A stretch of DNA of 64,000 nucleotides from an uncultured Alphaproteobacteria bacterium (GCA_963706365.1 OY970150.1:293364-357363); one strand, 5' to 3'. Shown: positions 10,053 to 20,330, counted from the first letter of the stretch. The notes: generated by a model from the sequence alone, not told the origin. Translations and numbers: made by a program.

Positions 10053-10769
10053 ATGGACGGCATTTACTTCAAGATCAGGGAAGAAGGCCGTGTTGTTAGC
10101 AAAGTTATGTACTCGTTGCTGGGCATTGATCAGTCTGGCAAGAAGGATATTCTGGGCTTGTATATGGCTGATTCTGAGGGTGCTAATTTTTGGGCTTCTG
10201 TGTTAGCTGATTTGAAAGCTAGAGGCGTGGAAGACATTCTTATCGCTTGTGTAGACGGGCTAAAAGGTTTGCCGGAAGCGATAGAGTCTATCTACCCTAA
10301 AACCACTGTACAGCTTTGCGTAGTGCATCAAATTAGGCACTCGCTACGCTATGTGGCCAGCAAAGATCAAAAGCTATTCATGGCTGATTTAAAGCCTGTG
10401 TACCAAGCCCCAAGCCTAGATATTGCCGAGCAAAAACTCATGGAACTGGAAGAGAAATGGGGTAAAAAATATCCCATCGTCATCAAGTCCTGGCTCAATA
10501 ACTGGCAGCATTTATCTCAGTATTTTCAATTTGACCCAACGATCAGAAAGCTGATTTACACCACCAATGCTGTCGAGGGATTCCACCGCCAGCTCAGAAA
10601 ATATACTAAAAACAAAGGCGCTTTTACCTCTGAAAATGCCTTGCTAAAACTGGCCTATTGCGCCATACAAAACATCACTAACAAATGGCATAAACAGCCG
10701 TTACAAAATTGGGCGTTAGTTATATCTCAACTTGATATCGCTTTCCCTAAGAGCTTACGCCAAAACTAA
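10053..10769 (+). pseudogene. IS256 (Mutator) transposase fragment
   Basis: Starts at the first catalytic Asp region 'MDGIYFKIR'; N-terminal part missing; last residues supplied by the IS5 end. Confidence 0.85.
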
Positions 10770-11667
10770 GAAGCGAATAAGAAGGAAGAATACATCGCAT
10801 ATAGATTATAGTATGGCTGTGTGAGATATTTTATAAGATGTTGTAAGATAACATATAACTGGGAGTAGACGATGTCGTATAGAACAGATTTAACAGATGA
10901 GGAGTGGGCTCTGATCGCGCATGCTTTTCCGGTATATAAGACGGGGCGTCGCAAAATATATTCAAATCGAGAGATAATGAACGCTATACGTTATCAGCAG
11001 CGCACGGGGTGTCAGTGGGATATGCTGCCGAATGATTTGGTGCCGGAAGCGGTGGTGCGGCATTTTTTCTATGAGTGGCGTGACAATGGCTTGTTTGAAC
11101 GTATACAGGAAAAGCTGCACAGGCAGTTGCGGCGGCTGGAAGGCCGGGAAGAGGAACCGTCACTGGGGATAATTGATGCACAGTCTGTCAAGACGGTGCA
11201 AAAAGGGGGGCGCGCGGGTATGATGCTGGCAAGAAAACTAAGGGTCGAAAACGCCATATAGTTGTTGATATCACCGGCCATCTGATGGCGGCAAGCGTGC
11301 ATAGCGCTGGCGTTCAAGACAGGGACGGCGCCAAACCGCTACTAGCAGAATTGTACAAACAGCCCCGGTTACAGGCTGTTTTGGCCGATGGTGCCTATAG
11401 CGGCAAACTGCAAACATGGTTCTACCGCAAAAGCCGGGGGAAACGCCTGATAGTCGTCAAACGCCCTGATAGCAAAAAGTTTATTGTTATACCAAAACGA
11501 TGGATTGTCGAACGCTTCTTCGGCTGGATCAACTGGCAAAGACGCCTCTCCAAAGATTACGAACATAATCCAGATACCTCCCGCTCTAGACTCTTTATTG
11601 CCGACATTAACCTCCTGTCTAAGCGAATTCTGAAATTATATTCTACTTAGGGTTTTGGCGTAAGCTC
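10751..11667 (+). mobile_element. IS5-family element (two-ORF, frameshift type)
   Basis: Perfect IR GAGCTTACGCCAAAAC / GTTTTGGCGTAAGCTC, flanked by TAA and TTA. Confidence 0.9.
10872..11650 (+). CDS. IS5 transposase expressed via probable -1 frameshift at AAAAAGGGGGG (11200-11210)
   Basis: 'YRTDLTDEEW', 'RTGCQWDMLP', 'IIDAQSVK'; then in the -1 frame 'GYDAGKKTKGRKRH', 'ADGAY', 'RWIVERFFGW'. Confidence 0.85.
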
Positions 11668-11720
11668 TTAGAGGCTAAAACTTGATTTAGCCGCCTGACA
11701 CAGTTCGTGGAACACTCTCC

Positions 11721-11860
11721 AACGATAGTAAGAAAAGTTGTAAGGCACTGGAAAATGACTTGGCTAATATTGAAAGTGAAATGGCTGTTTTATTACCACA
11801 AAAAGATGCCATAGGTAAGAACGTTGCCCTAGGTATTGCGGGCTGGTTTTTAATAGTACT
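11721..11860 (+). pseudogene. Internal fragment of a small membrane/lipoprotein gene
   Basis: Open frame NDSKKSCKALENDLANIESEMAVLLPQKDAIGKNVALGIAGWFLIV beginning right at the IS256 end, with no start codon. Confidence 0.45.
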
Positions 11861-13121
11861 GATTATATGTCATTTGACAGGTTTTCTTTATTTTAAATGC
11901 TAGGATTTATCATCCAAACATTTCGCCTGTTTTCATTTTCTATTATCATATCTCCCTCACACGGAATAAGATAATTGTGTGAGGTAAGAATACTAATGAT
12001 TTTATAGGCAGCTCCGCTCTTTATTTTCATGCGTTGCTGGAAATTAGCCGGAGAGATATAGGGATACTCCCACTTATTTTTAAGCCAGTTTATTGCCCGT
12101 TCTGCCAGTATAATATCTGGATCAGTAAATTTAGCCTCCAAAATTCGTACCGCTTCGTCAATGTAATGATTGCCTAAAACGATGGCTCTTTGCATCATGT
12201 CTTTAGTGATAAAAGTTGCGTTTATATCGTCAAACAATGTTAATACCCCGGCAATTCTAACGGTGTTTTCCATAATCTTACTGGCAAAGGCTGCAATATT
12301 TTCAAATTCACCAAACTGCAATTGCCCTGTTTCTACAGAGTTATAAAAATGTACCAATGCTTCTTCCGCACCCTTGTCCATTTCCAAAGTACGCGGGTTT
12401 AGATCACTGCGTGTACCTTTTTTGATAGGCAGGGGTTTATCAAGGATACTTTTTAGGCATGTATTAAAGGCCTCTAAGGCCGCTGTATCGGGTCTGTAAC
12501 CTGCTTTAACGGTGCGTGTACCTTTCATACTTTCAGGAAATACAGTTAGGTATCGGGAAAGGAAGCCTTGGCCGTCTAGCAGACTGTCACCAAATACCTG
12601 CTGGGCAATAATTGGTTGCATCATTAAGTGAACAGTTAAGCGTTTATCACTAATAAACTCCATGCCATCAGTTGAGCGTGTACGGTCAATCTGGCTTGCA
12701 TCCCATAGCTTTGACATACCCGTAATAGTTTTCAATTTATTGTCTTTATGCATTGCATGGCCGCCAAATAGTGTGCCTGCCTCATCCATAAAAATACCAG
12801 CGGAGGGTTGTGCTTTTGAAAGCTGCTTAAAAATACCCTCAAAGGTAAAATCGTTTGTTAGTAGTTTGGGTTCAAGCGGTGCTGCTGGCACTACTCCTAA
12901 TGCGTCAAGGGCAGCTTCAATATCGTCATCAGATTTTAAAGCCGCTTTTTCTGCCATTTTGTAGGCCGACTGTTTATTGGTATGAGCGCGAGCATCAATT
13001 TTATACTGGGCTTGAAGTTCACGCTCTTTTTCACGCACAGCCTTTAATGTGAGGTGGACCCAATTGACTAGACAGGTAGAAAGTAAAAACGTTCTCTAGT
13101 ATCCCTGACGGTTGGTTAAAA

Positions 13122-13997
13122 TCAGGCGGCTAATTTTGCTGTTCTGATTATTTGGTTGTTTATTAGGTTAGTATTTTTGTTGCGACTTGCAAGATAAAAT
13201 TCATTGGGTGTTTTATAGTGCAGAGCTTGGTGTAAGCGTCTTTGATTGTAGTAGCTAAACCATTGCCTTAAAACATGTTTTAAGGCGGATCCTGTGTTAG
13301 GTGCATGGATATAAATGCATTCGTGTTTAACAGAACGCCAAAGCCGCTCTATAAAAATATTATCCAGATATCTGCCACGTCCATCCATGGATATTGTGAT
13401 ATTGGTGTTTAACAGGGTGCTGGTAAACGCCTCACTGGTAAACTGGCTACCCTGATCTGTGTTAAAGATTTCCGGCTGGCCATAAAGCTCTAAGGCTTCC
13501 TGTAAAGCCTCTACACAAAAGTCAGCATCCATCACATTAGAAAGCCGCCAAGCTAGTACTTTACGGCTATACCAGTCCATGATCACCACCAGATACAGAA
13601 AGCCTTTCTGCATGGGAATGTAGGTTATATCCGCGCACCATACCTGATTAGCCCTGTTGATATCCAGCCCCCTTAGCAGGTATGGATAAATCTTATGAGC
13701 CGGATGTGGCGCACTGGTATTAGGCTTTGCGTAGATAGCCGCAATACCCAAATCCCGCATCAGCCGCTGTACTTTCTTGCGATTGATAGCATAGTCCTGG
13801 CGGCGTAAAACCATTGTCATGCGGCGACTGCCAAGGCTCGGATCCTCCAGAAAACACTGGTCTATTAATCGCAGTAATTTCAAATCTTCTGGGGGTATCG
13901 GTTTGGGCTTGTAATAGACGCTACTACGGCTGATTGACAACAAGCGACACTTGGCCGACAAACTCAATTTTGGCGTTTCTATTTTAATTATCTTCAT
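13122..13997 (-). CDS. IS3 OrfB DDE transposase
   Basis: Core protein sequence identical to 9099..9974. Confidence 0.95.
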   Translation of the reverse strand: MKIIKIETPKLSLSAKCRLLSISRSSVYYKPKPIPPEDLKLLRLIDQCFLEDPSLGSRRMTMVLRRQDYAINRKKVQRLMRDLGIAAIYAKPNTSAPHPAHKIYPYLLRGLDINRANQVWCADITYIPMQKGFLYLVVIMDWYSRKVLAWRLSNVMDADFCVEALQEALELYGQPEIFNTDQGSQFTSEAFTSTLLNTNITISMDGRGRYLDNIFIERLWRSVKHECIYIHAPNTGSALKHVLRQWFSYYNQRRLHQALHYKTPNEFYLASRNKNTNLINNQIIRTAKLAA

Positions 13998-14011
13998 GCG
14001 CTCAACCCTCT

Positions 14012-14305
14012 CTAGCCTTTGAGCGCTTTGGACAAAAAATCCCGCTCCACTGTCAGCTCACCCACCTTGGCATATAGCTGTTGTAGCAGCACTTCCTGCT
14101 CACCCTTGTCTGAATGCCGCTTCTCCCTTGGCTCAAACACCAATGCCGCACCCTGCAATAACTCCCGACGCCACTGGTTGATGGACGTGCTATGAATCCC
14201 ATATTCACTCGATAGCTGCGCGATCGTCTTCTCGCCTCGAATAGCTGCCATAGCCACCCTAGCTTTAAATTCTGGCTTATATCTTTTCTGTTTACTCTTA
14301 CTCAT
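14012..14305 (-). CDS. IS3 OrfA
   Basis: HTH OrfA ending 'ELTVERDFLSKALKG'. Confidence 0.93.
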   Translation of the reverse strand: MSKSKQKRYKPEFKARVAMAAIRGEKTIAQLSSEYGIHSTSINQWRRELLQGAALVFEPREKRHSDKGEQEVLLQQLYAKVGELTVERDFLSKALKG

Positions 14306-14706
14306 ATTCTGCTCCTTACTAGCATTCTGCCAGAGGACGCTAGAGCTCTTTCCACTGTCTAATTTTTGGGGTCCACCTCAATGCTTTACTATCCACGCTA
14401 CTTTTACGTTCTCCACTGGCAGCAATAGTGGCTAGGTATAACGATATAGGTACTGTCTTATCAGCAAATGGAATATAAACGTCTGCATGGCCTTGTACCG
14501 CCAATGAAGTTGCTGCCAATAAATAATGGGCGCATGTAGCTATTGGTGCCATTACAACTTCATGCATATTTTTAACAGCGACACCCAATGTTTCACCTAA
14601 TGCCTCATAAGGATAATCTAACGCTTTCGGCGTTTCTGGCCTTAATGGTATGGGGGCTGAGCGATCATAAGCTATTGTTTCGTTGAATTGGCTATCTAAT
14701 GTGTTA

Positions 14707-15664
14707 TTATCCATTAGACTGCTCCATGAGTAAGTCGTTGAAGTCTTTATTGGGGGGGCGACATAGCAATGCGAACGCTGCGCCCTTCAATATCTAATCG
14801 TTCGGCTAATTTGCGAGCAGCTTTTTTGCCTGCACTATCATTATCAGTAACAATAATAATTTCTCTAGCTAATGATGGTAAAATAGCTTTACTCAAATTA
14901 CCACTGGTTAAAGCAGACCATGTAGCAACACCCGTTAATTGCATATAGCTAAGACAAGTTTCCAGCCCTTCACCTACTGCCATTCTCGTTGCGGGTGGGC
15001 ACAGCTGGACTAATCCACCGTTTAGACTTCGTAACATCATTTTTGGCGATGAAATATTGGCTTTCCCCAATCCATCATGCCTTAAATAAGTGCGGTGCAG
15101 CGCAGTAACCTTATTTGTATTAGAGCAACGCGCAGAGGCTAATAATGCGGGGTAATTCTGTTGTGTAGCAACATAGCGATGGCTGGAGCTGAATTTTAGA
15201 TCGCTTGGTAAGTCAATCGTAATACCGCGTGATTGTAGGTATTTGTCACCTAAGCTATCTTTTATAACCACTGCACTATTTAAAAGCTTATTAACAAAAT
15301 CCAGCCTAGCTTGGTCAGTTGTTTTTGGCGCATTAACTTTAGGAACTTTAGAGTGTTTAGAGTGGGGCATAGGTGAAAAATCACTTTGTTGTGTTAACGC
15401 CAACGCCGCTTGATAGTAGGTTATTTTATGTAAATAAGAATATAGGCTTATAAAATCACCCCCTTTATCACCAATAGCAAAATCTGCCCATTTGCCATTT
15501 TTATTAACGGAAAATGAGCCAATATTATTATCGCGTTTAGTAGGGTTGGTGGCTTTATATTCCACCGCCTCCCAACGGCCATTCGGAAGCCATCGTTTCA
15601 AGTGAATATAAGAAGCACAGGCGATATCATTATTAATCGCCTTAAAATCAAGATGGCTAATCAT
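14707..15664 (-). pseudogene. Toprim primase with a +1 frameshift near the 3' end
   Basis: 'YLQSRGI', 'ALHRTYL', 'VGEGLET', 'TDNDSAG'; deleting one base from the G7 run at 14752-14758 restores the conserved 'KDFNDLL' end. Confidence 0.75.
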
Positions 15665-15869
15665 TTTGACCTCCCTTAAAGCTGGCAATATACGCGTGAA
15701 TATCCTCTGCCCGCCATGCGGTAATATTGGGGCTTAATTTAATAGGTTCAGGAAAAGTACCAGCTTTTACCATATTCCAAAAAGTCGTTTTGCCGTATGG
15801 AATATATCGCTGTACAACGGGTAGGCGTACAAAACCTGTTTTAGGTAGGTTAGTTAAACTATCATTCAT
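15657..15869 (-). CDS. AlpA-family regulator/excisionase
   Basis: 'GFVRLPVV...GKTTFWNMVKAGTFPEPIKLSPNITAWRAEDI'. Confidence 0.92.
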   Translation of the reverse strand: MNDSLTNLPKTGFVRLPVVQRYIPYGKTTFWNMVKAGTFPEPIKLSPNITAWRAEDIHAYIASFKGGQND

Positions 15870-15930
15870 TTGAATTCCTTTGTGTTCGGTTAAACTCAAA
15901 GGATTTTTAGACGCGATAAAATAGCTTGTG

Positions 15931-15962
15931 ACCGAATTCGGTTATGCCAAACCGAATTCGGT
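15931..15962. promoter_or_regulatory. Tandem palindromic operator-like sites ACCGAATTCGGT x2 upstream of alpA
   Basis: Perfect 12-bp palindromes at 15931-15942 and 15951-15962 (20-bp period). Confidence 0.65.
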
Positions 15963-16749
15963 TTATGTTTCAGGGTCAGGCATAGTGATAGAAACATGCT
16001 GAAACGCTAATTTTAGCCACTTTCGTATTGTATCATCACTGATATCAATACCCCAACTGCTGAGAGTATCAGATAACTCTTTAGGTATTGGAGACTTTCT
16101 TGCTTCTGGGTCATAGCCATAACCATCAATTGCCATACCAATTATCAGCTTCATTAAGCTTTCTTTTTCCCTCGTATGTAGTGGTTTGCTAAATTTACGA
16201 TCTTTAATATTAGGATGCCTACTTGAACAAAAAATATAGTTTTCAAGGTCTTCTATTCTTTTCTCAGGTGAATCTTCGGGGTTGCTCACAGGAACATGTA
16301 CAGGCTCCCCCCCTCTTCTTTACTACAGCGTCGAAGGCAGCACCCCATACCTCTTGCTCAGATTCAGAATATTCCTCGTACCAATCGCCATATATATTAA
16401 TACCTCTTTCGCTTAGCCATTTTGCAAGATCCTCTATATTTACGAATGTAGAAGTAGTGACAATACAATCCTCTAAGTTCCTTCGAACTCTAACAGTTTT
16501 TAGGGAGTTTTTGTCAATTCCAAAACATATAGATTTATTCAATTTCTTAATCTCTGACTGTAGAGACTTAACCAAACGGGGGTTTTTGAGTGTGTATTCT
16601 GCCTCATGGTCAGGTAATTGATAGTCAAGGTGACCTTCTAAGCATAAAATCTTTGCTACAAGCTCAGCTGCTTCATCAATATTTAGTTGATATATACCAA
16701 AATCTTTTAGCTCCCAAAACGGGTATTCATCATCTAAATTGTTTTACAT
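15963..16749 (-). pseudogene. Putative regulator with C-terminal HTH-like domain; nonsense at codon 2 and frameshift at C7 run 16307-16313
   Basis: Minus strand ATG TAA AAC AAT TTA... continues open into ORF 16264..16575; removing one G joins it to 15963..16289 ('ISDDTIRKWLK'). Confidence 0.6.
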
Positions 16750-16764
16750 AAAATTCTCTTATTT

Positions 16765-17943
16765 TTATTGCTTGGCCGTATCTAAATAATTTGCCCCATC
16801 CTGCATCATTACAGCGCGCTGATCCAAAAATTGCGCCCTGTCGTATGCTTCACCAAGGGAGTGTGGTTTTTTGTGTGCCAGTTGAAGGTCTGCTACTTCA
16901 TGTGGATAGCCTAACTTCTCTTGTAGCGCTGTTAGGGCTAAGGCTCTAAAGCCGTGGCCTGTCATGGTGCCTTTATAACCCATGCGATATAGGGCAGTGA
17001 GTAGCGTATTCTCACATATGGGCTGCTTTGGTTTGTTCGGACTTGCAAACAACCATTCACGATAGCCGTTTATTACTTGCAGCTGTTCTATAACTTTTAA
17101 AGCCTGTTTTGAAAGGGGAACAGTATGTTTACGGCGCATTTTGCTATACTCAACAGGAACAATCCAAACTTTCTTCTCAAAATCAAATTGGTCTATTTTT
17201 GCATGGCGTAATTCGTGCGTGCGAACAAATGTTAAAAACATCAATTCAAAAGCTAATCTTGTTATTTTAGATAATTGCGCATTTTGTAAATCGTTTAGCA
17301 GTTTTGATATTTGCTGCGGGTCAATGGCTGCGTGATGCTTTACGGGTCTAGTTTTTAAAGCACCTTTAAAGGTTGTGGTAATATCGTAATCTGCACGACC
17401 TGTTTGAATAGCGTATCTAAAAATTTGCCCACAATATTGATTGCAACGCTTTGAAACCTCTAAAGCGCCTCTAGCTTCTATTCTACGCATAACTTCTAAC
17501 AAGATAGGCGAAGTAACATCTCTAATGGGCAGCTTGCCAATTTCAGGGAATATATCGGCTTCTAACCGTGTTAGAATAGTTTTAGCATGTTTAAGTTGCC
17601 ACTCCGGCTGCTTATGTAAATGCCATTCCCTAGCAATGGCTTCAAAAGTGTTTGCACTATTCAATCGCTTTTCACGTTTTTCTTCTTTTTTGGCAGCAGA
17701 AGGGTCAATGTCTTTATCGAGTAATTTTCTGGCGGCAAGACGTTGTTCACGGGCTTCCTTTAATGAGGTTTGGGGGTATGTTCCAAAGGCTAATAGTTTT
17801 TCTACCCCCAAGTGCCTGTATTTATACCGCCAATATTTAGAGCCCTTAGGCGTTATTTGCAGGTAAAGCCCTGCGCCATCGCTTAATTTATAAGGCTTTT
17901 CTCTGGTTTCGGCTGTTTTGCATTGTCTATCATTTAGCTTCAT
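16765..17943 (-). CDS. P4-like tyrosine integrase
   Basis: 'KPYKLSDGAGLYL...GSKYWRYKYR' arm-binding domain, 'TFVRTHE', 'HGFR', 'QLAH', 'AYDR'. Confidence 0.95.
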   Translation of the reverse strand: MKLNDRQCKTAETREKPYKLSDGAGLYLQITPKGSKYWRYKYRHLGVEKLLAFGTYPQTSLKEAREQRLAARKLLDKDIDPSAAKKEEKREKRLNSANTFEAIAREWHLHKQPEWQLKHAKTILTRLEADIFPEIGKLPIRDVTSPILLEVMRRIEARGALEVSKRCNQYCGQIFRYAIQTGRADYDITTTFKGALKTRPVKHHAAIDPQQISKLLNDLQNAQLSKITRLAFELMFLTFVRTHELRHAKIDQFDFEKKVWIVPVEYSKMRRKHTVPLSKQALKVIEQLQVINGYREWLFASPNKPKQPICENTLLTALYRMGYKGTMTGHGFRALALTALQEKLGYPHEVADLQLAHKKPHSLGEAYDRAQFLDQRAVMMQDGANYLDTAKQ

Positions 17944-17992
17944 GGGGGTATCAAAATTGTTTGTTTTCAACAGTACCCCCATAAGTACCCCC
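17941..17992. repeat. Probable arm-type integrase binding repeats (TACCCCC)
   Basis: AGTACCCCC twice in direct orientation plus an inverted GGGGGTA at the integrase start. Confidence 0.55.
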
Positions 17993-18104
17993 TAATTTCT
18001 AGGATTAGAGCGGATACCACTGAACGGCATTAAACAACAGATACAAGGTATACCTTGATTTGTATAGTGTTTTTGGATGGGAATGGACATAACTGTCCTG
18101 TGAA

Positions 18105-18153
18105 ATGGCTCCCCGGGAGGGATTCGAACCCCCGACCAATTGATTAACAGTCA
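18105..18153 (-). repeat. att site: 49-bp duplicate of the tRNA-Asn 3' part
   Basis: Identical to 33319-33367 (ATGGCTCCCCGGGAGGGATTCGAACCCCCGACCAATTGATTAACAGTCA). Confidence 0.96.
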
Positions 18154-18270
18154 CATGGTCTTTGTATTTACTAAGTCTTACATTTCTATATAAAGCTATA
18201 CATAACAAGGGTTTTAGGGCTATAAAGCACCTTGTATGATTTATCAAAATATACCTAATTTCACCTATAT

Positions 18271-18302
18271 TGCGGCACGAATGCGGCACCAGTGCGGCAC
18301 CA
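18271..18302 (+). repeat. TGCGGCAC x3 with 11-bp period (arm-type sites); two more at 33253 and 33264
   Basis: ATGCGGCACCAGTGCGGCACCA occurs at 18281-18302 and 33252-33273. Confidence 0.8.
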
Positions 18303-18333
18303 GATTCTTTTTAGAAAGCGCAGGAATACAGGC

Positions 18334-19485
18334 ATGAGCAATACAATTAACTTTACCAAAGCGGCACTAAAAGCATTGCCATTGCCTAACAGCGGGCGTG
18401 ACTATTATAAGGATACCAAGGAAAAGGGTTTGTCGCTGGCGATTACCAAGGCGGGTACGATTACCTTTTTTGTGCGAAAACGGGTGCAGGGAAAAGACGA
18501 GCGCATTACCATTGGCACGTTTCCTGAATTTAGTATTGAGAATGCCCGTAAGCAGGCGATGAAAGTTAAGGCTGATATTGCCACGGGTATTGACCCTAGC
18601 TTTGAGAAAAAACGCCTGAAAGCTGATATTTTATTTGGCGATATGTTTGCGGAATATTTGGAGAAATACGCCAAGCTGCACAAGCAATCGTGGCAGTATG
18701 ATGAACGCATTATCACACGGCTGGCGGGGCATTTATTTAAACGCAAGGCATCGCAAATCACCCGAACAGATTGGATGCAACTGCATGAGGAAGTGGGCAA
18801 GAATAATGGCGAATATAGTGCAAACCGTCTGATAACCCTTGTTTGTGTGGTGTATAATAAGGCGATTGATTGGGATTGGGCGGGCACGAACCCTGCTAGC
18901 CGTATTAAGAAGTTTAAAGAGAAAAGCCGCGAACGATTTTTGCGAAAGGATGAAGTGGCGGGCTTTTTTCAGGCGTTGGCGTTAGAAGAAAACGAGACGG
19001 CACGGGATTATATTATGGCCTCGCTTTTAACGGGCGCGCGGAAAACCAATGTGCTGGAAATGCGGTGGGATCAAGTTAATTTTAACCTGAAAGAATGGCG
19101 TATTCCCAAAACCAAGAATGGTGAAATGCAAACGGTGCCGTTATCGGATACGTTGATTGCCTTGCTGGAAAAACGGCGGGAAATTTCTGAAAGTGAATTT
19201 GTGTTTGAAGGTACAGGCGCAACGGGGCATTTGGCCGACCCCCGCAAGGCTTGGGGGCGTGTGTTGAAACGAGCGGGCATTGAAGATTTGCGCTTGCATG
19301 ATTTGCGGCGCACATTAGGCAGCTGGATGGCGGCCAATGGCGTGACGACGGCCATTATTGGCAAAACGTTGGCGCACAAAAGTGTGCAGGCGACCAAGGT
19401 TTATGAACGGTTGGATATTGACCCGGTGCGGGAATCTATGATGGTGGCGGAGAAGGCTTTGTTTGAGGTTGGGGGTGTGAATTGA
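18334..19485 (+). CDS. Tyrosine recombinase/integrase
   Basis: Arm-binding N-terminus, 'TGARKTN', 'KTKNG', 'HDLRR', 'LAHKS', 'VYER'. Confidence 0.95.
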   Translation: MSNTINFTKAALKALPLPNSGRDYYKDTKEKGLSLAITKAGTITFFVRKRVQGKDERITIGTFPEFSIENARKQAMKVKADIATGIDPSFEKKRLKADILFGDMFAEYLEKYAKLHKQSWQYDERIITRLAGHLFKRKASQITRTDWMQLHEEVGKNNGEYSANRLITLVCVVYNKAIDWDWAGTNPASRIKKFKEKSRERFLRKDEVAGFFQALALEENETARDYIMASLLTGARKTNVLEMRWDQVNFNLKEWRIPKTKNGEMQTVPLSDTLIALLEKRREISESEFVFEGTGATGHLADPRKAWGRVLKRAGIEDLRLHDLRRTLGSWMAANGVTTAIIGKTLAHKSVQATKVYERLDIDPVRESMMVAEKALFEVGGVN

Positions 19486-19517
19486 CGGGATGAACTTGGC
19501 ATCCTATTAAAGAAGTC

Positions 19518-20330
19518 ATGAAGTATGAAATTGCACAAATTATAACTACTTTTGTAGGATTTGGCGTTCTAGTGTATCAGGTGCACAAAGGTTTTGAGAA
19601 TAGCTTTGCGCTAAAGAACCGAGAAATAAAGGATGCTTACCATAAGGAGCTACACGAGAAAATTGAGATAGCGATAAGCAACCTTCATGAAACCACAAGT
19701 ACTATGTCATCTTGCCTTCTAAGCATCAAAATAGCTTTTGGTAATTATGCAGACATGCAAGCTTCAGGGATTGCTAATCCTATTATGTCAGTTGATAGCT
19801 CAGAACAAGTTAGATTGAAAAGTGCAGAAATGGGCGAAGCCATTTTTCAAGTTTTAGGAACTATTGAAAAATACGAAATAGTGGAGCCAAAACTGAATAT
19901 TTTTAAAATCGCATTCTCGTCATATCATCATGACTATAGTAAAATATTTCATGGTAGATTATACAGAAATTTGCTGCCTGTATTGCCATTCTCTTTAAGT
20001 GATGGCACTTGCAAACCATTCGTCATGCCGAACGAAGAACGTTTAAAAACTTTAATAAAAGATTTAGACGCTGCATATGAAAGTATTTCTAACATTAAGA
20101 TGGTTATCTACGATTTACGCATTGAAATACAGAACTTGCTCCTTTCTGAATTATTTGACAGAAAATTAGAGCTTAGAAAACCGATTGACCCCAAAATTAA
20201 AGTGATTTCAAGTCAAAGTTATGACGAGTTAAATCAGTATTTTGAGAAAGAAACGAATTATGGAAAAAGCAATTCAGATGCGGTGAATAGAGTTTTAGAA
20301 GATTTTATTAAACAAGATACGAACCTTTAA
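19518..20330 (+). CDS. Hypothetical protein with N-terminal TM helix (AT-rich cargo)
   Basis: 270-aa ORF with hydrophobic residues ~5-23; no motif recognised. Confidence 0.75.
   Translation: MKYEIAQIITTFVGFGVLVYQVHKGFENSFALKNREIKDAYHKELHEKIEIAISNLHETTSTMSSCLLSIKIAFGNYADMQASGIANPIMSVDSSEQVRLKSAEMGEAIFQVLGTIEKYEIVEPKLNIFKIAFSSYHHDYSKIFHGRLYRNLLPVLPFSLSDGTCKPFVMPNEERLKTLIKDLDAAYESISNIKMVIYDLRIEIQNLLLSELFDRKLELRKPIDPKIKVISSQSYDELNQYFEKETNYGKSNSDAVNRVLEDFIKQDTNL

Larger units (their letters stand above)
10047..11719 (+). mobile_element. IS256-family element, 5'-truncated by IS3 and interrupted by IS5
   Basis: Transposase C-terminal part ('DGLKG', 'CVVHQIR', 'YTTNAVEG'); right end TGACACAGTTCGTGGAACACTCTC at 11696-11719; removing IS5 restores the tail FPKRLKLDLAA*. 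Confidence 0.85.
13050..14380 (-). mobile_element. IS3-family element, copy 2 (1331 bp, intact, 3-bp target duplication ATG)
   Basis: TGAGGTGGACCC...GGGTCCACCTCA ends; ATG at 13047-13049 and 14381-14383. Confidence 0.96.
11893..14714 (-). pseudogene. DUF3987/YfjI-family replication protein split by IS3 copy 2
   Basis: 'SLYLATIAASGERKSSVD' P-loop-like motif, 'DEAG', 'QGFLSRYL'; removing the IS and one ATG copy rejoins ...DSKA-LKAVREKER... Confidence 0.85.
11893..18104 (-). mobile_element. Element 1: degenerate P4-integrase/AlpA/primase/DUF3987 satellite-like integrative element (distal end not found)
   Basis: Co-oriented int-regulator-alpA-primase-DUF3987 module starting next to the tRNA-Asn 3' copy; no distal att copy seen. 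Confidence 0.75.

Noticed and set aside
8616-14380. Composite transposon formed by the two IS3 copies
   Set aside because: Copy 2 has its own ATG target duplication inside DUF3987, showing independent insertion; the outer flanks do not match.
18105-18153. Second tRNA-Asn gene
   Set aside because: Only the 3' part is present; the D arm and 5' acceptor strand are missing, so it is an att duplication.
16223-18887. Antisense or overlapping ORFs (e.g. 16223..16621, 17441..17866, 18005..18289, 18405..18887) and similar short ORFs elsewhere
   Set aside because: Shadow frames of well-supported genes or att DNA, with no recognisable motifs.
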